Origin: a virus | Lineage: Duplodnaviria > Caudoviricetes | Length of the DNA: 52,740 nt | Strand: one strand, 5' to 3' | Virus record (IMG/VR): IMGVR_UViG_3300031673_000065 | Span: 1-52,740 of that record | Shown: one piece after another, positions 17,615-26,346 of the stretch | Layout: each line of letters starts with the position of its first letter | Position numbering within the stretch: the stretch's first letter is position 1 | Program-made: the position numbers and the translations under genes | The notes under the pieces: model-generated | Seen by the model: the letters and a program-made list of their open reading frames with translations, nothing else | Databases searched by the model: none | What the model was told of the DNA's origin: nothing

Positions 17615-19813
17615 TCAAAACTCCTGTTTCAAATCTGATATCTTTTCAACGGCTTCTTTCAACTGGACCTTGTCCGGGTTGTAGTAAACTTGCACCCGCG
17701 CCATCCTGCCAAGATCCGACTCCAACCTCCAACGTCCATCACGGATGGCCGGGTTGACCAGCCGCACATAACCCAACCGGCGCAATGCGTGTTGTGCACA
17801 ACCGTTAAACTTCTTGCGGGACATCTCAGGATCAACCTGTTGCACGGCGCTCCATAGGTTGTCCGTGCGCAACACGGATTCGTCCTTCAACAAATCAATC
17901 GCGTCCGCTGCCCATTGGTCGTGCGTCATGCCGATCTGAATCAACTCCCTGTGTGCTGCGGTGGAGCGCTGGCCGGAGTTGGCGGAGAACTTGCTGATGT
18001 CGCGTTCCAGCAGTGCCGCATAAACGCTGGCAGCGCCATTTTGCTCCTCGTACCAACGCCACAGCCCGTCGAAATAATCCCGCCGCTGCTCCAACGACAT
18101 CAAGCACATCTCCCTCCTCGTAGCACAATCAATCACGTCATAGCGCCGGTCATCGTCCGGAATATAAAGCCCAGAGCTGAGATGGTTGGTGGTGATGATC
18201 ACGCCGCAATGCAGCCGCACCGAATACTTGTGGCCGTACTTTGGGTTGATGGTCAGATAATCCGGCTGGCCTGCAATCAGGACTTTGAGCCGCTCGTTGA
18301 ATGCCCACTTGCTCATGTCTGCGCTGTTGGCAGCTTCGGAAACAACCACCAACACCGATGCCGCGTGCTCATTAAAAGATGAGTCCAGGTGCGCAGCCTC
18401 AATGGAAGAAATGTTCCAAACGCCAATGCCAGCGCTCGCCATAGTGATTGCGGTGTCCTTGCCTACGCCTTGCTCGCCTCCAAGCAACAATGCAAAACGG
18501 GGCTTCTCGCCGGGGTTCTGGATGCGGTGCGCCATGTAATCCAAAAATTGGTCTGCGTCGCCCGGCCCAGGCATCAACCTGCGCACATGCTCAATGTAAG
18601 GTCCTGCGTGGCGCGGATCGCCGCGGGTGATGCTTGGTGGACGGTAGGCATTGTAGAGACACGCTCCTTCGTTTTCGATGAAATCGCCGTCGCGGTAATC
18701 CACGTTCGCAGTCAACATGTCCGGGATCAACGGATCGGAAGACATGCTGGTGACGGTGCGGTTGCGTTTCAGCCATTCTGTTGGGTTGACGATTTCGCCG
18801 TCTACGTTCTGACAGGCTGCTGCACTGTTGACACTTTCCGCTGGCCAGAAGGAGCCGGTGGGGATGTAGATGTAGTTGTTGCCCGGCGCAAAGTAAACGA
18901 ACCGATCCGTCGGCACCTGCCCGGTCTTTGGCACCCAGCCGCCTTCCAACGCTTCGTAAACCAACGTGCCCATGCTGAGCTCGCCTTCATCCATGGACAG
19001 CTCGTAAAATGCCTCCCGCATTATTTCGTCGTGGTTGCGTCCTTTTGCCCCACCCCAGGAGTCTGCCCACTCGTTGTAGACTTCCCAGGCAGCGTCGGCC
19101 CTGCCAAACTCCCTGCCCATAATGATGCCAACGTTGCGCCACAACGTGCGGTCATCCGCTGGGACGAACTGTAGCATGTTTTGGACTTCTTCCAGGGTGT
19201 ACTTCCTGCGGGTGGGGTCATGCTTGCGCGGGCGACCGGGCTTGCGCTTGGCCTTTTGGGTTAGGTGCGATGGCAAGTCGCCCACTGGCAATTCATTGAT
19301 CCAGCTGTAAGCGTTGCCGGAACGGTGGGAGGAAGGTGGCGCCACAACGTAGCCTTTGTCGTTGCGGGTGTCTACGCCGGGTCCGAGGGTATTGGTGCTG
19401 GTGTTGATGGAGGAGTTGTACTTGAAATAAGCGTGCACCCCACCGGAGCCGGTTTGGGCCATTAGGGTTTGCGGCTCGCCGCTGTCTTTGTTGAGCTTGG
19501 CCCATGTGTCATCGCCTTGCTTGTTGGGGCCGATGTCGATGTCTATTACGGTGATGCCGGAAAGCTGGCCAGTCACCACACCGATGCTGCGGTCGCCTTT
19601 TTTGAACCAGTTGGTTATGCGCTCTTTGTCGCGGGTTGCGTCCCGCAGACCTGATGTTGTTGATGGATGTTTACCCGCGTCTGGGCAATTCTTGATGCCG
19701 CACGAACATTGTCCCGCTGAGTTCACTGAGTGAAGCGGAAACACGTGCCAACCAAGATCTGCATAGCCCAACGCGGCGGTCAATACTGCTGATTGTTTTT
19801 TCTCCACGGTCAA
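17615..19813 (-). CDS. Bifunctional primase-polymerase (Prim-Pol, PriCT-2) fused to an SF3/DUF5906-like NTPase helicase
   Basis: GWHVFPL, GKHP, VIDID, TGSGGVHAYF, GYVVAPPS; PriCT-like DDRTLWRNVG; Walker A GEQGVGKD; ITTNH, DDRRY. Confidence 0.9.
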   Translation of the reverse strand: MTVEKKQSAVLTAALGYADLGWHVFPLHSVNSAGQCSCGIKNCPDAGKHPSTTSGLRDATRDKERITNWFKKGDRSIGVVTGQLSGITVIDIDIGPNKQGDDTWAKLNKDSGEPQTLMAQTGSGGVHAYFKYNSSINTSTNTLGPGVDTRNDKGYVVAPPSSHRSGNAYSWINELPVGDLPSHLTQKAKRKPGRPRKHDPTRRKYTLEEVQNMLQFVPADDRTLWRNVGIIMGREFGRADAAWEVYNEWADSWGGAKGRNHDEIMREAFYELSMDEGELSMGTLVYEALEGGWVPKTGQVPTDRFVYFAPGNNYIYIPTGSFWPAESVNSAAACQNVDGEIVNPTEWLKRNRTVTSMSSDPLIPDMLTANVDYRDGDFIENEGACLYNAYRPPSITRGDPRHAGPYIEHVRRLMPGPGDADQFLDYMAHRIQNPGEKPRFALLLGGEQGVGKDTAITMASAGIGVWNISSIEAAHLDSSFNEHAASVLVVVSEAANSADMSKWAFNERLKVLIAGQPDYLTINPKYGHKYSVRLHCGVIITTNHLSSGLYIPDDDRRYDVIDCATRREMCLMSLEQRRDYFDGLWRWYEEQNGAASVYAALLERDISKFSANSGQRSTAAHRELIQIGMTHDQWAADAIDLLKDESVLRTDNLWSAVQQVDPEMSRKKFNGCAQHALRRLGYVRLVNPAIRDGRWRLESDLGRMARVQVYYNPDKVQLKEAVEKISDLKQEF

Positions 19814-19825
19814 TCCCTGAGTTAT

Positions 19826-19850
19826 AGCAGGGAACGCTGGGTTCCCTGCT
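19826..19850. terminator. Hairpin between SSB-like gene and primase (terminator or attenuator)
   Basis: AGCAGGGAAC-5 nt-GTTCCCTGCT perfect 10-bp stem; U-tract weak. Confidence 0.5.
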
Positions 19851-19866
19851 GTTGTTGTAGGATGAA

Positions 19867-20685
19867 TTAAAATGCTTCACCGTTATCTTCTGCTGCTGCG
19901 GAGTCCAGGTCTTCGTGTTGGACTCTGACCTTGCCGGCGACGATCTGCTCATAAAACTTTTTGCCGAGCATGTAAACTTCCGCATTGATGACCCCACCGG
20001 GGTTGGTGTTCAACTCTTCATTGGGCCGGATGGCAATGCCGTGCCACTCGCCTTTGTTGTTGGATTCCTTTTGGGAGGAGACGGTGTATGCGCGGGCCCA
20101 ACTGGGAGGTGTGATCACCTGGTCACCGTGCTCAATCTTGAAGTTATTGATCTGGGTGATCCAGTTTTTGGACTTTTTGATCTGGGTGGAACCGCATGCC
20201 AGTACCGCAGGGGTCCAACCGCCAACCGCGTCCTGCATCAGCACGTAATGCTGCCGGGTGTCTTTCAAGGATTCAATCTCACTAGCCCGAATGTCCAAGC
20301 CGTCCGGCGAACGCTCTGCTTCGCCGTCAGCCAACATCTCTTCCACTTCCAGCGGGGAGTAGGAACCTTTGAACCCACCGCCTGCTGCACGGTCAACCCA
20401 ACGCAAAAACTGCCGCTCAAAATAAACGGGTATCACGTTGACGGTTTTGAACAGCTCGTTGGTGACGGAATTGATGAACAAACCGGGCCGTGCGCCTTCC
20501 ACTGTTTCCAACTGCGGGGAGAGACCTTGGAGGCAAATGATGAAGGGTACGGCGAATGAATCTTTGTCTGCGTTTTCGATGCCTTTGCCGGCGTCGGAAA
20601 GCATTGTGGAGAACAGGTCATCGGGTGCGAGTTCTTGCTTGCCTTTGGCCTTCAATGCGGTGGTCTTCTTCTTTGTTGCTGTCAT
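19867..20685 (-). CDS. Putative ssDNA-binding/annealing protein
   Basis: LQGLSPQ, TQIKKSKNW, NNKGEW and acidic C-tail ending in F; replication context. Confidence 0.6.
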   Translation of the reverse strand: MTATKKKTTALKAKGKQELAPDDLFSTMLSDAGKGIENADKDSFAVPFIICLQGLSPQLETVEGARPGLFINSVTNELFKTVNVIPVYFERQFLRWVDRAAGGGFKGSYSPLEVEEMLADGEAERSPDGLDIRASEIESLKDTRQHYVLMQDAVGGWTPAVLACGSTQIKKSKNWITQINNFKIEHGDQVITPPSWARAYTVSSQKESNNKGEWHGIAIRPNEELNTNPGGVINAEVYMLGKKFYEQIVAGKVRVQHEDLDSAAAEDNGEAF

Positions 20686-20708
20686 GATTGTTGCTCCTGT
20701 TGTGTGTG

Positions 20709-21254
20709 TTAAGAGATTACTGCTTTGGTGATTGGCATTGCGCCGAATAATTCTAACGGTACTGCTGTACCGCGCTCCAGCTGCTCCTTGAGGAAGCTGG
20801 CTAGTGTGGAGGGATGGACGGCTTCCTTGGAGCTGACTTTTGCACCGGAAGCGGTGAGCTCGTCGTAGATGGTTTTGGCTTGGGTGTATTCGTCCTTGCC
20901 AAACTGACCGGTGACAGTCAACTTGATCAGGTCTGCGTGACCGTTGTTGACCAGCCAGTCCATCGCCTCCTCGTAGTGCTTGGCGGGGATTGAAGCGTAG
21001 ACTTTGGTTGTGAGCTTGATCTTCTTGCCGTCTGTCAGGGTGATGGAACTTAGACCTAGCTCCTGCATGAAAGCGGGAATGGACTCCTGCTCTATTGAGA
21101 CCAGTTCTTTCTTCAGCTGCTTGAGTTGTTCTTCAGCTGCTGCTACTGCTGCTTGCTTGTTTTGCATTAGGTTGGCGTAACGCGCAAGTTGTCCGAGCCG
21201 TTCTTCATTGATTGCGGTAATGCTCGGTGCCGCGAATGGATCTGTTCTTGCCAT
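20709..21254 (-). CDS. Conserved replication-module protein with coiled-coil N-terminus
   Basis: ATG 21254 with GGAGG RBS; IPAFMQELGL...WL...GHADLIK...VHPSTL pattern typical of genes beside phage SSBs. Confidence 0.7.
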   Translation of the reverse strand: MARTDPFAAPSITAINEERLGQLARYANLMQNKQAAVAAAEEQLKQLKKELVSIEQESIPAFMQELGLSSITLTDGKKIKLTTKVYASIPAKHYEEAMDWLVNNGHADLIKLTVTGQFGKDEYTQAKTIYDELTASGAKVSSKEAVHPSTLASFLKEQLERGTAVPLELFGAMPITKAVIS

Positions 21255-21419
21255 GATGGCCTCCTTTGGTTGCATAAGAAGGAACCTCCCCAGCACCCAG
21301 TGAGGGACAAAGGGTTGGCCCGGCACGGAGCGCCGGGAGTGTTACTGGGGTGGTTCCTTCAAGAATAATTATCCTGGATATTTTCTGGCAAAGCAAATTT
21401 TGTTCCGGACGAAATTCGT

Positions 21420-21800
21420 TTTTATCCGTGCGAATGTTGGACGGCTTGGACGTGCTTTTTTCGATGTTGGCCGTGGTAGCCGTGCTTGGGTGGAAACTTC
21501 CTGAATAATCGGCCCGGAGCGCATCTGACCTAAGTCGTTGATAACTGTGGCCGTGCTTGAAAAAATGGCCGTGCTCCCCACTTTTTGCACAAGTCCATGA
21601 AGTTAAAAGGAAAAACACCATTTTCAAGGAATTGTGGCCGTGCTGGCCGTGGGCTACTAACGAGGCATCTAAAAATAGTATTTAATGGATACAATTATAA
21701 TTATATAGGAGGCGTAATAGCGTCACGGCCAGCACGGCCAATGTTTCGGCCTTATCCGTGCGAAATAACCAGAAAAGTGCGAATAAGCACGGCCAACACT
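21420..21800. promoter_or_regulatory. Putative replication origin or control region with iterons
   Basis: About 8-9 GGCCGTG copies in both orientations, a 17-bp inverted repeat around an AT-rich core, and a 13-bp direct repeat; lies between the divergent arms. Confidence 0.6.
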
Positions 21801-21889
21801 TTTTGCCTTTTTTGTTGAATTGGTTGAATTATTTTCCAAAGTGGCGCAAACTCGTGCTAATAACCTTTGCCCTTAAAAGGTTGGTGGGG

Positions 21890-22378
21890 ATGGCCAAGCG
21901 CAGACCGGGAAGACCAACAAAATACAAACCAGAATACGTGCAACAATTGTTGGACTTTTTTGGTCGTGAATCTGGTGAGTGGGTTGAAGTTGAAAACAAA
22001 AAAGGCGACATGCAATTCGTCCGCAAAGCCGCTGACCTTCCACTTTACGAAAGTTTTGCCCGCAGCATCGGTGTCAGTTGGGTTACGCTCAGGTCCTGGG
22101 CGCTGGCGCTGGACGGTGATGGTGGCACGCTTTACCCAGAATTCCGTGAAGCCTACGATTCAGCCAAAGGCGATCAGCTGCGCATCTTGATCGAGAACGG
22201 TTTGTGCGGCGGTTATCAACAATCATTTGCAATCTTTACGGCAAAAAACATTTTAGGATGGCGCGATGCAATGTCGCTTGAACATTCCGGAACAGATGGT
22301 GGTCCTATTCAAACAATAACTTCTTCAATGACTCCGCAGGAAGCTGCAGAAGCATATGCAGATACTTTGCGACAATAA
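21890..22378 (+). CDS. terS: Terminase small subunit
   Basis: GRPTKYKPEY N-terminus, HTH, AIFTAKNILGWRD, EHSGTDGGPI; first late gene. Confidence 0.85.
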   Translation: MAKRRPGRPTKYKPEYVQQLLDFFGRESGEWVEVENKKGDMQFVRKAADLPLYESFARSIGVSWVTLRSWALALDGDGGTLYPEFREAYDSAKGDQLRILIENGLCGGYQQSFAIFTAKNILGWRDAMSLEHSGTDGGPIQTITSSMTPQEAAEAYADTLRQ

Positions 22379-22393
22379 CAAGGAGGTTGGGCT

Positions 22394-22669
22394 GTGGCTG
22401 ATGAGGTGGGAAAATGGCACCTAGACAAGCGGGTGTCAGTGGGGCATTTGATCACGACATTGGCAATGGTGGGTGCGGCGGCGTTGTGGATGTTACGAAT
22501 AGAAGGACGTATTGACCTAGTGGATTTGCGTGACCTTCAAACCGAGCGGCGTATAGAGCAAATGGAATTGAGCAGGCAGAGCAGTGACGCTGAAATCATT
22601 CGTCGTTTGGAACGCATACAAGACACGCTGGCAGAACACGAACGGTCAACAAAGAAGGAACATGAATGA
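22394..22669 (+). CDS. Putative holin or membrane lysis protein
   Basis: One TM segment plus coiled-coil, immediately upstream of the endolysin. Confidence 0.5.
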   Translation: MADEVGKWHLDKRVSVGHLITTLAMVGAAALWMLRIEGRIDLVDLRDLQTERRIEQMELSRQSSDAEIIRRLERIQDTLAEHERSTKKEHE

Positions 22670-23061
22670 TTGACGTTACTGACCTTGATTTCGTGGCCAG
22701 GACGGTGATGGCAGAAGCGGAAGGCGAAGACTATGAAGGCAAGGTGGCTGTGGCGGCAGTGATCTACAACCGGGCACGTCAACCCGGCTGGTGGGGTGTC
22801 AGCATCAAGGACGCGTGCCTGACGGCAAAGCAATTTTCAGCATGGAACGACGACAGTTCCAGAAGAAATAAGATCGGTGAATGGACATTGGAGAACAGAA
22901 CCTTTCGTGAAAGTTTTATGGCCGCGGTTGATGCTTATGGCCGCGACCCCACGGGCGGGGCAGACCACTATTTCGCCCATGATATTGTCAATCCATCATG
23001 GGCAGAGGGATTCCACGTTCGCGTCATTGGCAACCATAGCTTCCTGAGAAGATATGTGTAA
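22666..23061 (+). CDS. Endolysin, cell wall hydrolase (SleB/Hydrolase_2 family)
   Basis: ARTVMAEAEGE, AVAAVIYNR, QFSAWN, DPTGGADHY, IGNHSF. Confidence 0.9.
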   Translation: MIDVTDLDFVARTVMAEAEGEDYEGKVAVAAVIYNRARQPGWWGVSIKDACLTAKQFSAWNDDSSRRNKIGEWTLENRTFRESFMAAVDAYGRDPTGGADHYFAHDIVNPSWAEGFHVRVIGNHSFLRRYV

Positions 23062-23136
23062 ATGAAATGGCATGCGAACATCAGGGACGATAGACCGGCC
23101 AGGGACGGCCACTGATTTTAACCACAGGAGATTGAA

Positions 23137-23682
23137 ATGGCAGATGTAAGAACGAAGATCGAAGTTGCGCTGGAAGCAGCGGCGGAACGTATTATCAACG
23201 CAGTGGCGGAATCATTCGCCAGTACCGCGGCAGCATCAAGCGGTGGTGCAGCTTCCGGTTCATCTGAATCGGCAACTGGTGCACAGGCCGGAACCGGTGG
23301 CACTTCCGGGCAGTCAGGGCAGGTGACGCAAGGTTCGGCTGGTGAAGTGAAAACCAAAGACGATGTTGGCGCACCGGAAGTGATTGAATCCTTCAACGTG
23401 CAGGCACTCAAAGATGCGGTCATCGCTAACAAGATGCTCGTTGACGGTTATGGCTCACGGCTTGCAAGCAACAGCAAGCTATTTGACATCACGGCAACTT
23501 CACTTGGCATGCTGACACTGGGTGCAACGCATAACCAGACGCTGATTCAGCAAATGGGTGTTGATCACCGCGACCAAAATCACGACAAACAAATCAATCT
23601 GGATGAGCAAATCGCGGCGGCAGCGGCTTTGTATGGTCGGTTGATTGAACGTCTCAACAACCCGACACCACCGGTGGTGTAA
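23137..23682 (+). CDS. Hypothetical protein with Gly/Ser/Ala-rich linker
   Basis: Strong AGGAG RBS; 181 aa; followed by a hairpin. Confidence 0.7.
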   Translation: MADVRTKIEVALEAAAERIINAVAESFASTAAASSGGAASGSSESATGAQAGTGGTSGQSGQVTQGSAGEVKTKDDVGAPEVIESFNVQALKDAVIANKMLVDGYGSRLASNSKLFDITATSLGMLTLGATHNQTLIQQMGVDHRDQNHDKQINLDEQIAAAAALYGRLIERLNNPTPPVV

Positions 23683-23697
23683 AGGACGCACAGGATT

Positions 23698-23727
23698 GGG
23701 GAGTGGCGATGGTTGCTCCCCTATTTT
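23698..23727 (+). terminator. Possible rho-independent terminator
   Basis: GGGGAGTGGC-GATG-GTTGCTCCCC followed by TATTTT (stem includes G-U pairs). Confidence 0.45.
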
Positions 23728-23739
23728 GAGGACAAGGGA

Positions 23740-24096
23740 ATGTCTAAGTTTATTGAAATACCCAGTTTGAACTTTGATGATGACAGTGTCGATTTTATCT
23801 TGGAGGAGCGGTTGGTGTACCAGTCTGATTTAGCCGGTTTGATAATTGTGCCAGCCGGGTTCCAAACAGACCTGGCGTCCATTCCGCGCATCTTCCAAAC
23901 GCTGGTCCCGAAGGTGGACAAGCACATGTTACCTGCTATCGTTCATGACTACCTGGTGCGTCAGCCGGACTTTAGTCGCAGGCTGGCCGATCGTGTTTTC
24001 CTTGAAGCGATGAGGCTGAAAGAAGTCAACCGGGTGCGCAGGCGGCTGATGTACTGGGCAGTCCGAATTGGTGCCATGGTTAGGAGAAAGAAATGA
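23740..24096 (+). CDS. DUF1353-family protein
   Basis: VPAGFQTDLASIPR, AIVHDYL, ADRVFLEAM, MYWAVR. Confidence 0.85.
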   Translation: MSKFIEIPSLNFDDDSVDFILEERLVYQSDLAGLIIVPAGFQTDLASIPRIFQTLVPKVDKHMLPAIVHDYLVRQPDFSRRLADRVFLEAMRLKEVNRVRRRLMYWAVRIGAMVRRKK

Positions 24097-24416
24097 CTGT
24101 CCGAGTGACCAGAAATCTATATGCCATTTTGTTTGTTGTCGCGTGGATGTACCTTGTGCTTTTGCTTGCCGGGTGTTCTATGATCACGATGGAGCAGGGC
24201 GCAGAAGGTACGGATTCGTACGAAAAGATTTCGTTCAAAGGGCCACCGAAGGATTTTCAATCGCTTGATTTCAAGTTCGGTCACGACACTCGCCTTAAAG
24301 CAGGCACAGCAGCAACCGCTGAACAGCCGTGGGCCGATGTGGTGGGTGATCTGGCACCACTGTTGCTTAACGTTCAAGCGTATTGCAAAGCATACCCGGT
24401 GATGTGTGTACAATGA
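24093..24416 (+). CDS. Lipoprotein, possible spanin component
   Basis: Hydrophobic signal followed by LAGC lipobox; in lysis region. Confidence 0.6.
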   Translation: MTVRVTRNLYAILFVVAWMYLVLLLAGCSMITMEQGAEGTDSYEKISFKGPPKDFQSLDFKFGHDTRLKAGTAATAEQPWADVVGDLAPLLLNVQAYCKAYPVMCVQ

Positions 24417-24694
24417 CTGTTGACCTCAAATCAGTGTCCATGCACGGGAAGTTCAACCATTCCCGGGTGCGGGTGCTGTGGCGCGATGGCTTATTGCGCG
24501 CCTTTGGCGGCGTTGGGTTGTTGCTGGAACTGAAAACGGCAGAGCCTGTGAGGGTGAAGAAATCTATCAACCGCTGGATCGTCAGCACCGATCTTGGCCC
24601 GCTGATTTTGAAGGGCAAATGTATGACGTGTGGTGGGCCAAGATGGTGGCGGTTAATGCGGATGCCGGAGGATGAGTTGTGGGAAACTCCGTAG
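24413..24694 (+). CDS. Hypothetical protein
   Basis: ATGA-coupled to the previous gene; CMTC motif. Confidence 0.5.
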   Translation: MTVDLKSVSMHGKFNHSRVRVLWRDGLLRAFGGVGLLLELKTAEPVRVKKSINRWIVSTDLGPLILKGKCMTCGGPRWWRLMRMPEDELWETP

Positions 24695-26346
24695 CGCGCA
24701 AGTTAGAGGGCACCCCGCCAATCACGACCAATGATTGGCCGGTTGACGTGCTTTCCATTTTGGCCTGGCGGCAACAGCAAGTCATCCTTTTGAAGAATAG
24801 CCCTGCCTTGGTAAAAGGTGCCAAGGCATATTATGCAGAGAATCCTGTTGATTTCATCAACCACTGGTGCGACACATACGACCCGCGCAAGGCAGGCGGC
24901 GGGATGGCAAAAGGACCGTTTGTGTTGTTTAAGCGCCAGGAAGAGCTGGTTGATTTTCTGTTTGCCTGTTTACGCGCTGAAGAACCAGGTCTGATTGAGA
25001 AGTCTCGTGATATGGGCGCGACTTGGGTGTGTTCTGCCTTTTCGGTGTGGCTGTGGTTATTCTGGCCGGGTGCTGCCGTGGGCTGGGGTTCACGCAAGGA
25101 AATCCTGATTGATAAATTGGGGGATCCAGACAGCATCTTTGAGAAGATGAGAATGTTGATAATGGCACTTCCGAGTTTCTTTTGGCCGGTTGGGTTCAAG
25201 ATAAACGAACACATGTCTTATATGAAGTTTGTCAACCCGGAAACCGGCGCGACCATCACTGGCGAAGCGGGCGACAACATCGGCCGCGGCGGGCGTAAGT
25301 TGATTTATTTTAAAGATGAAAGTGCCCATTACGAACGTCCCGAGAAAATTGAAGCCTCACTGTCCGATAACACACGTGTTCAGATAGACCTGTCCTCGGT
25401 GAACGGGCTTGGGAATGTTTTCCATCGCAAACGTGAAGTCGGGGCCGACTGGCACGGCAAGATTGAACCAGGTCGCACACAGGTGTTTGTCTTGGATTGG
25501 CGCGACCATCCGGAAAAGAATCAAGCCTGGTACGATACCCGAAAGAAACGGGCAGAAGACGACGGTCTGTTGCACTTATTTGCACAAGAGGTTGAGCGCA
25601 ATTATAGTGCTGCGGTAGAAGGTGTTCTGATTCAACGGGAATGGGTGCAGGCTTCGATTGACGCTCATATCAAGTTGGGTCTCCAGGAGACCGGGCCATG
25701 GTCGTCGGCATTGGATGTTGCAGACACCGGCGGCGATACAAATGCACAGTCCCAGCGTCAAGGTGTGATATTACGTGAACTTGATGAATGGGGTGCGCGT
25801 GATCCGGCACAGACCGCCAGAAGAGCTATTGCTAATGTCGCTAACAGGGGTAAAATTGAACTTCAGTACGATTGTATCGGTGTTGGTGCAGGCGTCAAAG
25901 GTGAAGTCAATAACCTTGAAGATGCCGGCCGGTTGCCAAGAGGCGTTCGATTGATTCCTTGGAATGCAGGCGGCAAGGTATTGAAACCAAAGGGTCGGGT
26001 GATTGAGTATGATGCGGACAGCCCAACGAATGAGGACTTTTATACGAACCTGAAGGCACAAGGCTGGTGGGAATTGCGCAACAGATTCTATCGTACCTGG
26101 CGTGCAGTGAATGAAGGCGCAACGTATGAACCGGATTCACTTATAAGCATTGACTCTCGGCTCAAAAGGCTTTGGCAACTGGAGAAGGAATTGTGTCAGG
26201 TTACAGCCAGCAAAGGCGCAAGGCTTAAACTGTTGATCGACAAAACACCGCCTGGCACTCGGTCTCCCAACTTGGCTGATGCGGTGATGATGGATTATTG
26301 GCCGATCACAAGTGGTTACGATTTAGAGGCTTTTATCAATGGATAA
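24679..26346 (+). CDS. terL: Terminase large subunit
   Basis: EKSRDMGAT Walker A region, FKDESAH Walker B, nuclease LDVAD, YDCIGVG, SPNLADA. Confidence 0.92.
   Translation: MGNSVARKLEGTPPITTNDWPVDVLSILAWRQQQVILLKNSPALVKGAKAYYAENPVDFINHWCDTYDPRKAGGGMAKGPFVLFKRQEELVDFLFACLRAEEPGLIEKSRDMGATWVCSAFSVWLWLFWPGAAVGWGSRKEILIDKLGDPDSIFEKMRMLIMALPSFFWPVGFKINEHMSYMKFVNPETGATITGEAGDNIGRGGRKLIYFKDESAHYERPEKIEASLSDNTRVQIDLSSVNGLGNVFHRKREVGADWHGKIEPGRTQVFVLDWRDHPEKNQAWYDTRKKRAEDDGLLHLFAQEVERNYSAAVEGVLIQREWVQASIDAHIKLGLQETGPWSSALDVADTGGDTNAQSQRQGVILRELDEWGARDPAQTARRAIANVANRGKIELQYDCIGVGAGVKGEVNNLEDAGRLPRGVRLIPWNAGGKVLKPKGRVIEYDADSPTNEDFYTNLKAQGWWELRNRFYRTWRAVNEGATYEPDSLISIDSRLKRLWQLEKELCQVTASKGARLKLLIDKTPPGTRSPNLADAVMMDYWPITSGYDLEAFING

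Noticed and set aside
3820-21330. Lysogeny module or prophage boundaries
   Set aside because: No integrase, CI-like repressor, ParA or flanking host genes recognised; a lytic lifestyle is likely but unproven.
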